64,000 bases of DNA from Alphaproteobacteria bacterium (lineage in GTDB: Bacteria; Pseudomonadota; Alphaproteobacteria; UBA7985): NCBI GenBank assembly GCA_965661545.1, contig CBFIEF010000006.1:17522-81521 (forward strand), in the 5' to 3' direction. This document shows positions 17,325-28,063 of this stretch, piece after piece. Under the pieces are notes generated by a model. The model searched no databases. It had not been told where the DNA came from and saw only the letters and a program-made list of their open reading frames with translations. The position numbers and the translations under genes are program-made. How positions within the stretch are numbered: the first letter of the stretch is position 1; each line of letters opens with the position of its first letter.

Positions 17325-18275
17325 ATGGTGCGGATTTTCAAAACGTTCATGCTCGCGATGTCACTCTTTTTGATGACCAGCGCAGCGGCCCAAGCTCAAG
17401 TTACGGTACAGGGCGTGCCCGTTGAGCGTGGTCTTGGCTTCCAAGACCCTGCAACTCCAATCATGGAGCGTGCAGTAGCACAGTACAATGTGCTGATTCT
17501 TCCGATTATGGCAGCGGTGACGATCTTCGTTCTCGTCCTTCTGCTGTGGACATGCTGGAAGTTTCGGGAGCAAGAGGGTCGCCAGCCAAGCACAGTGACC
17601 CACAACACGATGATCGAGGTGGTTTGGACAGCGGTTCCGATCCTTATCCTCGTTGTCTTGTTCATCCCGGCGATGCGTTTTCTCTACTTCAATGAGAACG
17701 GTCCAGACATGCTGATCAGCGGTGAGCGCGGCTATGATAAGCACGCTGAGCTGGTGATCCAAGCTACGGGAAACCAGTGGAACTGGTCCTACGAATACCT
17801 GCTGTATCGGGACGAGAACGGTGTAGAGACCGATGTTTCTGGCATCGAGTTTACCGCCAACATGCTCTCCCGCGACGCTTTGCTGGCCGATACTCGTCGG
17901 GACCAAGGCCTCTATAAGGGCGAAGCTGATTACCACCTGGTCATTCCGACCAACACGGTTGTTCGTTTCAACGTAACCGCATCCGACGTTTTGCACGCTT
18001 TTGCGATGCCAGCGTGGGGTGTGAAAATTGATGCGATCCCGGGTCACATGAACGCGACGTGGGCTTTGGTTAATGCAGACAAGGCTGGCCTGTACATCGG
18101 TCAGTGCTCGGAGATCTGCGGCGACCGGCACTCTTTCATGCCAATCGCGGTTGATGCATTGCCTAAGGACGAGTTCCTGACGTGGGCGGCAACGGCCAAG
18201 CAAGAGCTTGAAGGTGGCGCTATCGGCCCATCCCTGCCAGCGGTTTACGACAACCAAGTCGCAGCAGCGAACTAA
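17325..18275 (+). CDS. coxB: Cytochrome c oxidase subunit II
   Basis: THNTMIEVVWT, GNQWNWSYEY, DVLH, CuA motif CSEICGDRHSFM. Confidence 0.96.
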   Translation: MVRIFKTFMLAMSLFLMTSAAAQAQVTVQGVPVERGLGFQDPATPIMERAVAQYNVLILPIMAAVTIFVLVLLLWTCWKFREQEGRQPSTVTHNTMIEVVWTAVPILILVVLFIPAMRFLYFNENGPDMLISGERGYDKHAELVIQATGNQWNWSYEYLLYRDENGVETDVSGIEFTANMLSRDALLADTRRDQGLYKGEADYHLVIPTNTVVRFNVTASDVLHAFAMPAWGVKIDAIPGHMNATWALVNADKAGLYIGQCSEICGDRHSFMPIAVDALPKDEFLTWAATAKQELEGGAIGPSLPAVYDNQVAAAN

Positions 18276-18291
18276 GACAGACCGTATTCGG

Positions 18292-18317
18292 GGCTGAAAG
18301 GCGACGTTCTTTCAGCC
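18292..18317 (+). other. Intercistronic stem-loop between coxB and coxA
   Basis: GGCTGAAAG-N8-CTTTCAGCC, no U-tract. Confidence 0.5.
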
Positions 18318-18360
18318 TCATACGACAAAGAATACAGGCCAAAGATTCAAGGAAGAGACT

Positions 18361-19980
18361 ATGGCTTACGCAGCAGATCACGCAGCCGATCATCACGATC
18401 ACAAGCCCAACCCATTTTGGCGTTGGTTTGGTTCTACGAACCACAAGGACATTGGTACGCTGTACCTGGTGTTCTCCGTTATCACTGGCCTTATTGGTGC
18501 AGCACTTTCCGTTGTTATGCGGATGGAGCTGTCCGAGCCGGGTGTAGAATTCCTCGTTCGCGCCGATGGCGAGCCGAACGGTCACTTCTGGAACACCATT
18601 ATCACCGCCCATGGCGTTATCATGATCTTCTTCGTGGTCATGCCCGCGCTGATCGGTGGTTTTGGTAACTGGTTCGTTCCGCTGATGATTGGCGCGCCGG
18701 ATATGGCGTTCCCGCGGATGAACAACATCTCGTTCTGGTTGCTCGTTCCTGCTGTGATCTTCGGTATTTTGTCCGCGGTCGTCGGTGGCGGCGCGGGCAC
18801 AGGGTGGACCTTCTATCCACCGCTGTCGGTCACACAGCCGGAAAGTATGTCGGTGTCTCTTGCGATTTTCGCGCTCCACATGGCGGGTGCATCATCGATC
18901 ATGGGCGCGATTAACTTTATCACCACGATCCTGAACATGCGCGCACCGGGCATGACCCTGCACCGCATGCCTTTGTTTGCCTGGGCGATGCTGGTTACGG
19001 CATTCTTGCTGCTGCTAGCGGTCCCAGTACTGGGTGGCGCGATTACCATGCTGTTGGCTGACAACGCGCTGGGTACGTGTTTCTTCTGTGCTGAAGGTGG
19101 CGATCCGGTTTTGTTCCAGCACTTGTTCTGGTTCTTCGGTCATCCTGAAGTCTACATCATGATCCTGCCGGCTTTTGGTATTGTAAGCCACGTGATCAGC
19201 ACATTCTCCCGCAAGCCAATCTTTGGCTATCTCGGGATGGCTTACGCCATGGTCTCCATCGGCTTTATCGGCTTCGTCGTGTGGGCTCACCACATGTACA
19301 CCGTCGGCATGCCAACCAACGTGCAGGCGTACTTCACGCTCGCAACCATGGTTATTGCCGTACCAACTGGTATTAAGATCTTCTCTTGGATCGCGACCAT
19401 GTGGGGCGGCTCGCTTCGCTTCACCACGCCGATGCTTTGGGCGATTGGCTTCATCTTCCTGTTCACGCTGGGTGGCGTAACAGGCGTGATGTTGTCGATG
19501 GCACAGTTCGATAAGCCGCTGCACGATACCTACTTCGTGGTTGCGCACTTCCATTACGTACTGTCCATGGGCGCGGTCTTCGGGATCTTCTGTGGTTGGT
19601 ACTACTGGATCGGCAAAATGTCGGGCCGTCAGTACCCAGAGTGGGCCGGCAAGTTGCACTTCTGGACGTTCTTCATCGGTGTAAACGTAATTTTCTTCCC
19701 GCAGCACTTCTTGGGCATGCAGGGGATGCCGCGTCGTTACATCGACTATCTTGATACCCAGGCGTTCTACAACATGATCTCAACGTGGGGTGCATACCTG
19801 TCGTTTGGTTCGACGCTCTTCTTTATTGGCATCGCGATCTACACTTTGGTTGCGGGTCGCCGTGTTGGTGACAGCTACTGGGGTGATGGTGCCACGACGC
19901 TGGAGTGGACTGTATCGTCTCCTCCTCCATTCCACACGTTCGATGACCTGCCACAGATTGAACCTGAGGCCGCTCACTAA
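18361..19980 (+). CDS. ctaD: Cytochrome c oxidase subunit I (A1 type)
   Basis: [47 protein letters not shown]. Confidence 0.98.
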   Translation: MAYAADHAADHHDHKPNPFWRWFGSTNHKDIGTLYLVFSVITGLIGAALSVVMRMELSEPGVEFLVRADGEPNGHFWNTIITAHGVIMIFFVVMPALIGGFGNWFVPLMIGAPDMAFPRMNNISFWLLVPAVIFGILSAVVGGGAGTGWTFYPPLSVTQPESMSVSLAIFALHMAGASSIMGAINFITTILNMRAPGMTLHRMPLFAWAMLVTAFLLLLAVPVLGGAITMLLADNALGTCFFCAEGGDPVLFQHLFWFFGHPEVYIMILPAFGIVSHVISTFSRKPIFGYLGMAYAMVSIGFIGFVVWAHHMYTVGMPTNVQAYFTLATMVIAVPTGIKIFSWIATMWGGSLRFTTPMLWAIGFIFLFTLGGVTGVMLSMAQFDKPLHDTYFVVAHFHYVLSMGAVFGIFCGWYYWIGKMSGRQYPEWAGKLHFWTFFIGVNVIFFPQHFLGMQGMPRRYIDYLDTQAFYNMISTWGAYLSFGSTLFFIGIAIYTLVAGRRVGDSYWGDGATTLEWTVSSPPPFHTFDDLPQIEPEAAH

Positions 19981-19988
19981 GGGCAAGT

Positions 19989-20957
19989 ATGACGACAATC
20001 GTCGACGATAAGAACGCAGCCGCTGATGAATCCTCAAAGATCACAGCCGCTGAGTTGAGTGAAAAAGACGCGCCACAGAACCCCTCTGTGGCGCGCGCTT
20101 ATTTCCAATTGCTGAAGCCGCGTGTGATGACGCTTGTGGTCTTCACCGCTGCGGTTGGTCTCTGGCTCGCGCCAGGTCAAATTGAAGCGTGGCGGGCTGT
20201 GCTCGGCTTGGTCATTTTGGCCATTGGTGCCGGGGCTTCCGGCGCGCTGAACATGTGGTACGACCGTGACATTGACGCGGTTATGTCCCGCACGGCCAAG
20301 CGCCCCATTCCCAACGGTGATGTAACGCCAAACCATGCACTGATCTATGGTCTCGTGCTGTCGATTTGTTCCGTGGTTGCGCTCGGTTTTGTGACCAACT
20401 GGGTCTCAGCTGGCATCCTCGCGTTTACCAATGCGTTTTACGTTGTGATCTACACTATGTGGCTCAAGCGCCGGACCGCGCAAAACATCGTCATCGGCGG
20501 TGCAGCGGGCGCGTTTCCGCCAATGATCGGCTGGGCGATGGTTTCGGGTGACATCACATGGGTCGGCTTCGTGCTGTTCAGCCTGATTTTCCTGTGGACC
20601 CCGCCCCACTTCTGGGCTTTGGCGTTGGTCAAGGAATCCGAATATGGCGCCGTGAATGTTCCCATGCTGCCAAATGTTGCCGGCGCTAAGGAAACCAAGC
20701 GTCAAATCGTGATCTACACAGCGGCCATGTCGCTGACCGGTTTGGTGCCGTTCCTGCTGGGTGCCGCGGGCTACATCTACTTTGTCGTGGCTTTGGCTTT
20801 TGGCGCTCTGTTCATGGTAAACGCATGGCAGTTGATGCGCGGCGATTCGCTCGCCCCCGCCAAGCGGATGTTCGGCTATTCTATCTTCTACCTCTTCCTG
20901 ATGTTTGGCTTATTGCTGTTCGATGCTCGAACGCATGTGAGCCTGACTTGGATCTAA
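19989..20957 (+). CDS. ctaB: Protoheme IX farnesyltransferase (heme O synthase)
   Basis: [43 protein letters not shown]. Confidence 0.96.
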   Translation: MTTIVDDKNAAADESSKITAAELSEKDAPQNPSVARAYFQLLKPRVMTLVVFTAAVGLWLAPGQIEAWRAVLGLVILAIGAGASGALNMWYDRDIDAVMSRTAKRPIPNGDVTPNHALIYGLVLSICSVVALGFVTNWVSAGILAFTNAFYVVIYTMWLKRRTAQNIVIGGAAGAFPPMIGWAMVSGDITWVGFVLFSLIFLWTPPHFWALALVKESEYGAVNVPMLPNVAGAKETKRQIVIYTAAMSLTGLVPFLLGAAGYIYFVVALAFGALFMVNAWQLMRGDSLAPAKRMFGYSIFYLFLMFGLLLFDARTHVSLTWI

Positions 20958-20985
20958 ACCCTGTTTTTGTTGGAGGCCGTCGAAA

Positions 20986-21132
20986 ATGGCAGACAAAAAA
21001 GACGATAAGCGCCCCGAGTGGACTAAAGGCCGGTCCAAGGGCAATTGGATTATCCTTGCGGTGCTCGTGGTGTTCGTTGTGGGCTGGTACGGTTTCTTTC
21101 TCGCAAACACTGCTTCGCGTGCGGCGGGCTAA
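20986..21132 (+). CDS. Small single-TM protein (CoxF-like position), 48 aa
   Basis: GGAGG RBS then MADKKDDKRPEWTKGRSKGNWIILAVLVVFVVGWYGFFLANTASRAAG; fills ctaB-ctaG gap; absent from the ORF track. Confidence 0.75.
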   Translation: MADKKDDKRPEWTKGRSKGNWIILAVLVVFVVGWYGFFLANTASRAAG

Positions 21133-21138
21133 GACCGG

Positions 21139-21720
21139 ATGACAGCGCAGCAGCAACAGCCTCGCTCCACACAGTCCAAGAACACGCGCGTTCTGCTGAT
21201 GACCTTGGGCGTGATTGGATTCATGTTGGCTCTGGTCGCTACCGCGCCCGCAGCCTACCGCAAGTTCTGCGAAATCACGGGTATTTCAGGAACAACGCAA
21301 GTTGCGAGCGCTGCGGAGCTCTCCGATGCCCAGCAGGCCGCGCAGGCGGGCGGTTTGGGTGAAATTGAGATCCTTTTTGCAGCATCTGTTGAGCCATCGC
21401 TGGACTGGAAATTTCGGCCCAAGCAGCGGACGATCAAGCTTCAGATTGGCGAGCAGCGCCAAATCGAATACGTGGCAAAAAATCAATCCAAAACGATGAT
21501 TACGCGGGGAACCGCGACGTTCAACGTGACGCCGCTTCAGGCTGGAAGATACTTTTCCAAGATTCAGTGTTTCTGCTTCGAAGATCAGCAGCTAGAGCCG
21601 GGGCAATCTATTGATATGCCAGTGATTTTCTACGTTGACCCGGCTATTCAGGATAACCCGGATTTGAAGGACCTGCGCCAGATTACGTTGGCTTATACGT
21701 TCTTCAACGCAGCCGATTAA
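21139..21720 (+). CDS. ctaG: Cytochrome c oxidase assembly protein CtaG/Cox11
   Basis: YRKFCEITG, ATFNVTP, KIQCFCF copper motif. Confidence 0.96.
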   Translation: MTAQQQQPRSTQSKNTRVLLMTLGVIGFMLALVATAPAAYRKFCEITGISGTTQVASAAELSDAQQAAQAGGLGEIEILFAASVEPSLDWKFRPKQRTIKLQIGEQRQIEYVAKNQSKTMITRGTATFNVTPLQAGRYFSKIQCFCFEDQQLEPGQSIDMPVIFYVDPAIQDNPDLKDLRQITLAYTFFNAAD

Positions 21721-21842
21721 TCCCGCGGGCCGGACGCTTTCCAAAAACGCAAAGGTCAGAACCGCTCATAGAGCGTTGCACCGTCGCGCCGTGCCCCTTA
21801 GAAGGGGGTAATGTACAAATTCTAGCACGAGGACATCCAGCG

Positions 21843-22697
21843 ATGGCTGACGCACATCACGGTCCGAACCACGACTATCACTTGCTCGAGCCTTCCATTT
21901 GGCCGCTCGCAACTTCCATCGCCGTCGGCATTCTGCTGTTCGGTGCGGTGCTCATGTTCCACAACAACCCCAGTCAAGCTGAAGGCCTGATGAACACGCT
22001 CATGGATGCGCGCTGGTTTATCGTCGGGCTTGGCGGTGCGGGCTTCATTGCCTCTGTATTCGGCTGGTGGAGTGACGTGATCAAGGAAAGCCGTCAGGGC
22101 GACCACAAGCCAGTGGTTCAGCTTGGTCTGCGCTACGGCATGCTGTTCTTCATCGCGTCGGAAGTGATGTTCTTCTTTGCGTTCTTCTGGGCCTACTTCA
22201 ACTTCGGCGTGACCGAAGAAGTGTGGCCGCCGCAGGGTACGGATACCTTCAACCCGATCGATATGCCGCTTTACAACACGGTGATCCTGCTCCTCTCGGG
22301 CGTGACGGTCACGTGGGCGCACGAGGCAATTCGCCATGGCGACCGCCGGGACTTCCTGTTGTCTCTGGGTCTCACGGTCCTGCTGGGTATTCTGTTTACC
22401 TGCATGCAGGCTGTTGAGTACTTCGAGGCATTCGCAGTTTATGGCTACGGCTACAATGCCGAAGGCGTCGTTGAGACCTACCCATCCACCTTCCTGATCG
22501 CGACCGGCTTCCACGGTTTTCACGTGATCATCGGTACCACTTTCCTTGCGGTTTGCTGGTTCCGTGGTTTGGCGAACAACATGACCAAGGAAAAGCACTT
22601 CGGTTTCGAGGCAGCGGCTTGGTACTGGCACTTCGTCGATGTGGTGTGGCTGTTCCTTTACGTTTCCATCTATTGGGGCATTTTCGATCGCGGTTAA
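21843..22697 (+). CDS. coxC: Cytochrome c oxidase subunit III
   Basis: HDYHLLEPSIWP, FIASEVMFF, TGFHGFHV, AAWYWHFVDVVW. Confidence 0.97.
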   Translation: MADAHHGPNHDYHLLEPSIWPLATSIAVGILLFGAVLMFHNNPSQAEGLMNTLMDARWFIVGLGGAGFIASVFGWWSDVIKESRQGDHKPVVQLGLRYGMLFFIASEVMFFFAFFWAYFNFGVTEEVWPPQGTDTFNPIDMPLYNTVILLLSGVTVTWAHEAIRHGDRRDFLLSLGLTVLLGILFTCMQAVEYFEAFAVYGYGYNAEGVVETYPSTFLIATGFHGFHVIIGTTFLAVCWFRGLANNMTKEKHFGFEAAAWYWHFVDVVWLFLYVSIYWGIFDRG

Positions 22698-22722
22698 GCG
22701 GTCCGTTGCACGCGGGGAAATC

Positions 22723-23115
22723 ATGACCAAAGAGCCGTCTTTTCCCCGCCGGACATCCGCCGAGGCCGTAGCCCTCGGTCTGAGCCAAAAGTGCCCCCGA
22801 TGTGGGCAGGGCTCGCTGTACCAATCTTTCCTAAAAGTCCGCACCAGTTGCGACGTCTGCAGACTCGATCTCAGCCGTGAAGACAGCGGGGACGGACCGG
22901 CGGCCTTTTTGATTTTCGGCATTGGTGGTGTGGTGTTGTTCCTCGCGCTGGTCGTTGAGCTCGCTGCACAGCCACCCTATTGGGTCCATTTCAGCATTTG
23001 GTTGCCCATGGTGTTGGTGTTGTTCTGGCTGCTCGCTCCCCGAGCCAAGGCCATCTTTATCGCCCTGCAGTACCTGAACAAATCGTCCGACAGCGGCAGC
23101 GCGAAATATAAGTGA
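22723..23115 (+). CDS. DUF983 family protein
   Basis: CPRCGQG...CDVC, DSGDGPA, two TM segments; usual position after coxC. Confidence 0.88.
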   Translation: MTKEPSFPRRTSAEAVALGLSQKCPRCGQGSLYQSFLKVRTSCDVCRLDLSREDSGDGPAAFLIFGIGGVVLFLALVVELAAQPPYWVHFSIWLPMVLVLFWLLAPRAKAIFIALQYLNKSSDSGSAKYK

Positions 23116-23837
23116 TCATGCGCACCATGAACCGACACTTCAAACCTCGTCCCCTGATGTATCTGCTTGCCCTGCCGTGCTTCGCGCTGCTGTGCGTCTT
23201 GGGGACGTGGCAGCTCCAGCGGTTGGCGTGGAAGAAAGCCTTGCAGCAAAGCCAAGCGACCCTCAACGCTACCCCGGCGATCGAAACCGACGCCAGTCAC
23301 CCACTCTTTGGGCTGGAGGACCATTATCCAGTGGTTCTGACCGGTACACTTGATCTGGGTAAAGCCATTGGCTTTTTCGGTCGATCTTTGAACGGCAAAA
23401 CCGGCGAAGATTACTACGCTCCGCTAACGCTAGCCGATGACCAGATTGCGTGGGTGAAGCTCGGGTTTGCGCAAGGTTATGATGCAGCTGACGCGCCCGT
23501 TGCCTTCGGTGAGCTGCCACGCGGGCAAGTGTACGGTGGCGGTTGGCGCGGAAACCCTGCCTTTGACCCCGGCAACCAGCCAGAACGGGATATGTGGGCC
23601 GTAGCAGACCCAGAAGCGATGTCGAGCCATGCGGGGCTCGACCCACAGGTCACGCTTCCCATGCTGGTTGAGCTGACAGAGTCCCTGGGCGAACGCAGCC
23701 CCTTTACGCCCACCCCGACCAACAATGCACTTCGCAATCCGCATCTGAGTTACGCCGTTCAGTGGTTCAGCTTTGCTTTGATTTTGGCGGTGTTTGTGTT
23801 GATCCTAAGCTTTCCAAAACGAGGAGACGCGGCATGA
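23112..23837 (+). CDS. SURF1 family protein
   Basis: LGTWQLQRLAWK and NPHLSYAVQWF. Confidence 0.92.
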   Translation: MIMRTMNRHFKPRPLMYLLALPCFALLCVLGTWQLQRLAWKKALQQSQATLNATPAIETDASHPLFGLEDHYPVVLTGTLDLGKAIGFFGRSLNGKTGEDYYAPLTLADDQIAWVKLGFAQGYDAADAPVAFGELPRGQVYGGGWRGNPAFDPGNQPERDMWAVADPEAMSSHAGLDPQVTLPMLVELTESLGERSPFTPTPTNNALRNPHLSYAVQWFSFALILAVFVLILSFPKRGDAA

Positions 23838-25324
23838 CTAATTACGCTGAGATGGAAGCCTTGAACGCCAAGGCGGGAACTTTGTCTGAGGCGCTGTCGA
23901 TCCTGTACTGGGATCAGCAATCCATGATGCCAACCGGCGGCGGCCCGAGCCGTTCTGACCAGACGGCGTTGTTGGAAACAATGGTGCACGACATCACTGC
24001 AGGCCGAGAGCTAGGCGAAGCGATCAAAGCGGCAGAGGGTGACAACGCCCTGACCCCGTGGCAGCGAGCCAATGTCGAGGAAACCAAGCGCTCATACATT
24101 CGCGCGACGGCCATTCCTTCCGATTTGGTTGCGGCCAAGTCAAAAGCGGAAAGCCGCGCGCTGGCTATTTGGCAAGACGCACGCCCCAACAACGATTTCG
24201 CTGCGGCGCTTCCGGCATTGCGCGACTGTTTCAACCTCGCCAAGCAAGCCGGACAAGCCATCGCTGATAAAACCGGCCAACCGCTCTATGAAGCCATGAT
24301 CGATGGGTTCGAGCCAGATCTGACTGTCGCGCAAATCGATGCTGTTTTCGACGACTACGCCGCTTTCCTGCCAGACTTTCTGGATGACGTTTTGGCGGCG
24401 CAAGACGCGCGCGGCGAACCGCTGCCGCTGGATGGCCCTTTTGATATTCCGACGCAGCGCAACGTGTTCCAGGACATTATGAAGTCTGTCGGCTTTGATT
24501 TCGAACATGGCCGTTTGGACACCTCCGCGCATCCGTTTTGCGGCGGTACGCCCTCTGATGTCCGCATGACCACCCGCTACCGTGATGAAGACTTCATGGA
24601 CGCGATGATGGGCGTTTTGCACGAAACCGGTCACGCGCTGTACGAGCAAGGTCTGCCCAAGGATTACGCCCGACAGCCCGTCGGCCTCGCACGCGGGATG
24701 GTGCTGCATGAAAGCCAGTCCTTGACCATCGAGATGCAAGTCGTCCGCAGCCGTGCCTTCATGACCTATGCCGCACCGATGCTGGCAAAAGCGTTTGGCA
24801 AGTCTGGCCCCGCGTGGACGGGCGAGAACCTGTCGCGCCATGCTGCGCGTGTGGAGCGTTCTTTCATCCGCGTTGAGGCGGATGAAGTCACCTATCCGGC
24901 GCACGTGATTTTGCGGTATCGCCTCGAAAAAGCGCTCCTGTCCGGCGATCTCGATCTCGCCGATTTGCCCCAAGCGTGGGGCGACGGTCTGGAAGCGCTG
25001 CTCGGCATTCGCCCGAAGACCGATCGCGAAGGTTGCTTACAGGACATCCACTGGTATTCCGGCGCGTTTGGCTATTTCCCAACCTACAGCCTTGGCGCCA
25101 TGTGCGCGGCTCAAGTCTTCAACGCCGCGCGCGAGAAACTGGGCGATGTTGAAGCACAGATCGAGCGCGGGGAGTTTGCGCCGCTGGTGCAGTGGCTGCG
25201 GGATAACGTGCACGGCAAAGCGTCTTCCGGGTCCACGGACGAGATCCTCACCGCTGCGACCGGCACTGGCCTCCGCGCTGACGCGTTCAAAGCGCATTTG
25301 CGCAAGCGTTACCTCGACGGCTAA
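23834..25324 (+). CDS. Carboxypeptidase, M32 family
   Basis: HPF, DVRMTTR, HETGH, HESQS, IRVEADE, GCLQDIHW, GYFPTY; ATG 23834 after GGAG. Confidence 0.95.
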   Translation: MTNYAEMEALNAKAGTLSEALSILYWDQQSMMPTGGGPSRSDQTALLETMVHDITAGRELGEAIKAAEGDNALTPWQRANVEETKRSYIRATAIPSDLVAAKSKAESRALAIWQDARPNNDFAAALPALRDCFNLAKQAGQAIADKTGQPLYEAMIDGFEPDLTVAQIDAVFDDYAAFLPDFLDDVLAAQDARGEPLPLDGPFDIPTQRNVFQDIMKSVGFDFEHGRLDTSAHPFCGGTPSDVRMTTRYRDEDFMDAMMGVLHETGHALYEQGLPKDYARQPVGLARGMVLHESQSLTIEMQVVRSRAFMTYAAPMLAKAFGKSGPAWTGENLSRHAARVERSFIRVEADEVTYPAHVILRYRLEKALLSGDLDLADLPQAWGDGLEALLGIRPKTDREGCLQDIHWYSGAFGYFPTYSLGAMCAAQVFNAAREKLGDVEAQIERGEFAPLVQWLRDNVHGKASSGSTDEILTAATGTGLRADAFKAHLRKRYLDG

Positions 25325-25361
25325 TCTGCTTTCACACCAACGCCTGAAACGGACCCCGAAC

Positions 25362-26756
25362 ATGCAGTATATTTCCACGCGCGGCGAAGCGCCAAAGCTT
25401 GGCTTTGATGACGTGCTTCTCGCCGGACTGGCCAACGATGGCGGCCTCTACGTGCCGGAAAGCTGGCCGCAGGTCGACGCTGAAACCATGCGCAGCTGGC
25501 GGGGGTTGTCCTACCCGGAGCTTGCGGTCGAGGTCATGCTGCCATTCGTCGAGAAAAGCATTCCGCGCGAAGATTTCGCCAAGCTGGTTCAGCAGGCTTA
25601 CTCGACCTTTCAACACAGCGCCGTAACACCGGTGAAGCAGCTCGACACCAACGTCTACCTGCTAGAGCTGTTCCACGGCCCAACCTTGGCGTTCAAGGAC
25701 TGCGCGCTGCAACTGTTGGGACATTTGTTTGACTACGTGCTGGAGCGTCGGAACGAGCGCGTGACCATTGTTGGCGCGACCTCTGGCGATACGGGTTCGG
25801 CGGCGATTGAAGCCATCAAGGGCCGCAAGCGCGCAGATATCTTTATCCTGTTCCCCGAAGGCCGAGTGAGCCCTGTGCAGCAGCGACAGATGACAACCGT
25901 TGACGCGGAAAACGTTCATGCGCTGGCGGTTGAAGGTACTTTTGACGACTGCCAAGACTTGGTTAAGGCGATGTTTGCGGATGCGGATTTCCGAGGTGAG
26001 GTCAGCTTGTCGGCTGTGAACTCGATCAACTGGGCGCGAATCATGGCGCAGATTGTTTACTACTTCTGGGCATCTCTTCGTTTGGGTGGTCCGGATCGCG
26101 AAGTTGATTTCTGCGTTCCAACCGGCAACTTCGGCAACGTGTTCGCCGGCTATGCCGCCAAGCAAATGGGCTTGCCTATGGGCCGGTTGATGGTTGGTTC
26201 TAACCGCAACGACATCCTGACCCGCTTTTTCGAAAATGATGACATGTCGATCCAAGGTGTTGAGCCGAGCCTCAGCCCGTCAATGGATATTCAGATTTCC
26301 TCCAACTTCGAGCGCTATCTGTTTGATCTGCTCGATCGTAGTGGCGCTGCGACTGCAAAAACCATGATCGATTTTCGGGCCTCGGGCCGTATGAGCGTTG
26401 GTCAAGGGGGATGGGATCAGGCGAAGCAGGATTTTCACGCCTTCTCGCTGGATGACAACAAGTGTCTGGACGCCATGCGGAAATGGTTTGATCAAACCGG
26501 CGAAGTCCTAGACCCGCATACCGTGATTGGCGTCGAGCATGCGGTGCAATTTGGGCGCGACGGGGTTCCTACCGTAGCGCTTGCTACAGCCCATCCAGCA
26601 AAGTTCCCGGCGGCTGTTGAGCAGGCCTTGAACCACACGCCGGACTTGCCTGCACACCTAAGTGATCTCTACGACCGTTCAGAAAGCTTCACCTCGCTGC
26701 CAAACCAGTTAAAAGAGGTGCAGCAGCACGTGCGCAATCACCGAAGACACACTTAG
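25362..26756 (+). CDS. thrC: Threonine synthase
   Basis: MQYISTRG, ELFHGPTLAFKD, ATSGDTG, NSINWAR, PTGNFGN, TAHPAKF. Confidence 0.97.
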   Translation: MQYISTRGEAPKLGFDDVLLAGLANDGGLYVPESWPQVDAETMRSWRGLSYPELAVEVMLPFVEKSIPREDFAKLVQQAYSTFQHSAVTPVKQLDTNVYLLELFHGPTLAFKDCALQLLGHLFDYVLERRNERVTIVGATSGDTGSAAIEAIKGRKRADIFILFPEGRVSPVQQRQMTTVDAENVHALAVEGTFDDCQDLVKAMFADADFRGEVSLSAVNSINWARIMAQIVYYFWASLRLGGPDREVDFCVPTGNFGNVFAGYAAKQMGLPMGRLMVGSNRNDILTRFFENDDMSIQGVEPSLSPSMDIQISSNFERYLFDLLDRSGAATAKTMIDFRASGRMSVGQGGWDQAKQDFHAFSLDDNKCLDAMRKWFDQTGEVLDPHTVIGVEHAVQFGRDGVPTVALATAHPAKFPAAVEQALNHTPDLPAHLSDLYDRSESFTSLPNQLKEVQQHVRNHRRHT

Positions 26757-26792
26757 TGTCCGTGACTTCCGCGTAACGCGCGGGGAGGTTTT

Positions 26793-28058
26793 TTGAGCGT
26801 TAAAATCAGTCAACTCGATAACGGCTTACAAGTCGTTACCGATCCGATGGAAGGGGTGGAGTCCACCGCCCTTGGCCTGTGGTTCAAAGTCGGTGCGCGC
26901 TATGAGACCGCTAAACTCAGCGGCATGGCGCATTTCATTGAACATATGCTGTTCAAAGGCACGGGACGACGCTCCTCGTTTTCCATCAGCCAGGAAATCG
27001 AAGCCACGGGCGGCTATCTGAACGCCTACACCAGTCGAGAAAATACCGCATTCTACGCGCGCATGCTGGCGCAGGACACGGAGCTCTGTCTGGACGTGCT
27101 TGCCGATGTGCTGCAGCACTCTCTGTTTGAGCCTGAAGACATTGAACGCGAGCAAACAGTCATCAGTCAGGAAATCGCCCAGGCCGAAGACACACCCGAC
27201 GACGTGGTTTTCACCGATTTTCAGTCACAGGCTTTTTCGGGGCAGGGGTTGGGGCAATCGGTGCTTGGCTCGCAACAAACCCTGAGCAACATCACCCGCG
27301 AGAACGCGATGGCGTTTTGGCAGTACCATTACCGGCCCGACAAGGCGATTTTGGTGGCCAGTGGTGGTGTCGATCATGATGCCTTTGTGAAACTGGCAGA
27401 GCGCCTGTTCTGGCCCGATCGCGGCGAGCGTGGCCCCCGTGAAATGCCAACGGGTGCCAAGTACACAGGCGGCGTCACGTTAAAGACCCGCGCGCTGGAG
27501 CAGGTTCATACGGTTTTGGGCTTCGAAGGCGCTTCGATGACTGATCCGCGGTACTTTGCCAGCGCGGTCCTATCGACTTTGCTCGGCGGCGGATCATCGT
27601 CGCGTCTGTTCCAAGAAATCCGCGAAAAGCGCGGGTTGGCCTATCACGTTGGCGCACACACGTCCGGCTATGCCGATACCGGACTGTTTGGCGTGTACGC
27701 AGGGACAGCGCCAGAGGCCGAGGCCGAGCTGCTTTCCGTGCTAATCGACGAGTTCAAGCGGTTGGTTGATACCAACGTGCCAGAGCAGGAAATCGAGCGG
27801 GCCCGTGCACAAATCCGGGCGTCGGTGCTCATGGGGCGCGAGAGCACCTCCAGCCGAGCAGAAGATGCTGCACAGCAAATGCTGGTGTACGGCATTCCGC
27901 GGACGGTGAGCGACTTGATCGGTCAATTGGATGCTGTCGATGCCGACGCGATCCGGCGCGAGGCTGAATTGATGCTGGCAAGCCCCGTGACGCTTTCAGC
28001 CATTGGGCCGCTGTCCGATACCGACGCCCTCTACGACATCAATCAGCGGCTGGCTTAG
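26793..28058 (+). CDS. M16 (pitrilysin / processing-peptidase-like) metallopeptidase
   Basis: HFIEHMLFKGT inverted zinc motif, LNAYTSRE, SSRLFQEIREKRGLAY; TTG start after GGAGG. Confidence 0.93.
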   Translation: MSVKISQLDNGLQVVTDPMEGVESTALGLWFKVGARYETAKLSGMAHFIEHMLFKGTGRRSSFSISQEIEATGGYLNAYTSRENTAFYARMLAQDTELCLDVLADVLQHSLFEPEDIEREQTVISQEIAQAEDTPDDVVFTDFQSQAFSGQGLGQSVLGSQQTLSNITRENAMAFWQYHYRPDKAILVASGGVDHDAFVKLAERLFWPDRGERGPREMPTGAKYTGGVTLKTRALEQVHTVLGFEGASMTDPRYFASAVLSTLLGGGSSSRLFQEIREKRGLAYHVGAHTSGYADTGLFGVYAGTAPEAEAELLSVLIDEFKRLVDTNVPEQEIERARAQIRASVLMGRESTSSRAEDAAQQMLVYGIPRTVSDLIGQLDAVDADAIRREAELMLASPVTLSAIGPLSDTDALYDINQRLA

Positions 28059-28063
28059 ATTCG

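Noticed and set aside
17361-22922. Long antisense ORFs over coxB, ctaD and coxC (298, 219, 230 and 366 aa)
   Set aside because: Shadow frames of highly biased genes
25068-25361. N-terminal extensions in the ORF track (thrC; similarly pmbA, rph, ispH, M32, DUF983)
   Set aside because: They overlap neighbouring genes or precede the family-typical start; downstream starts were chosen
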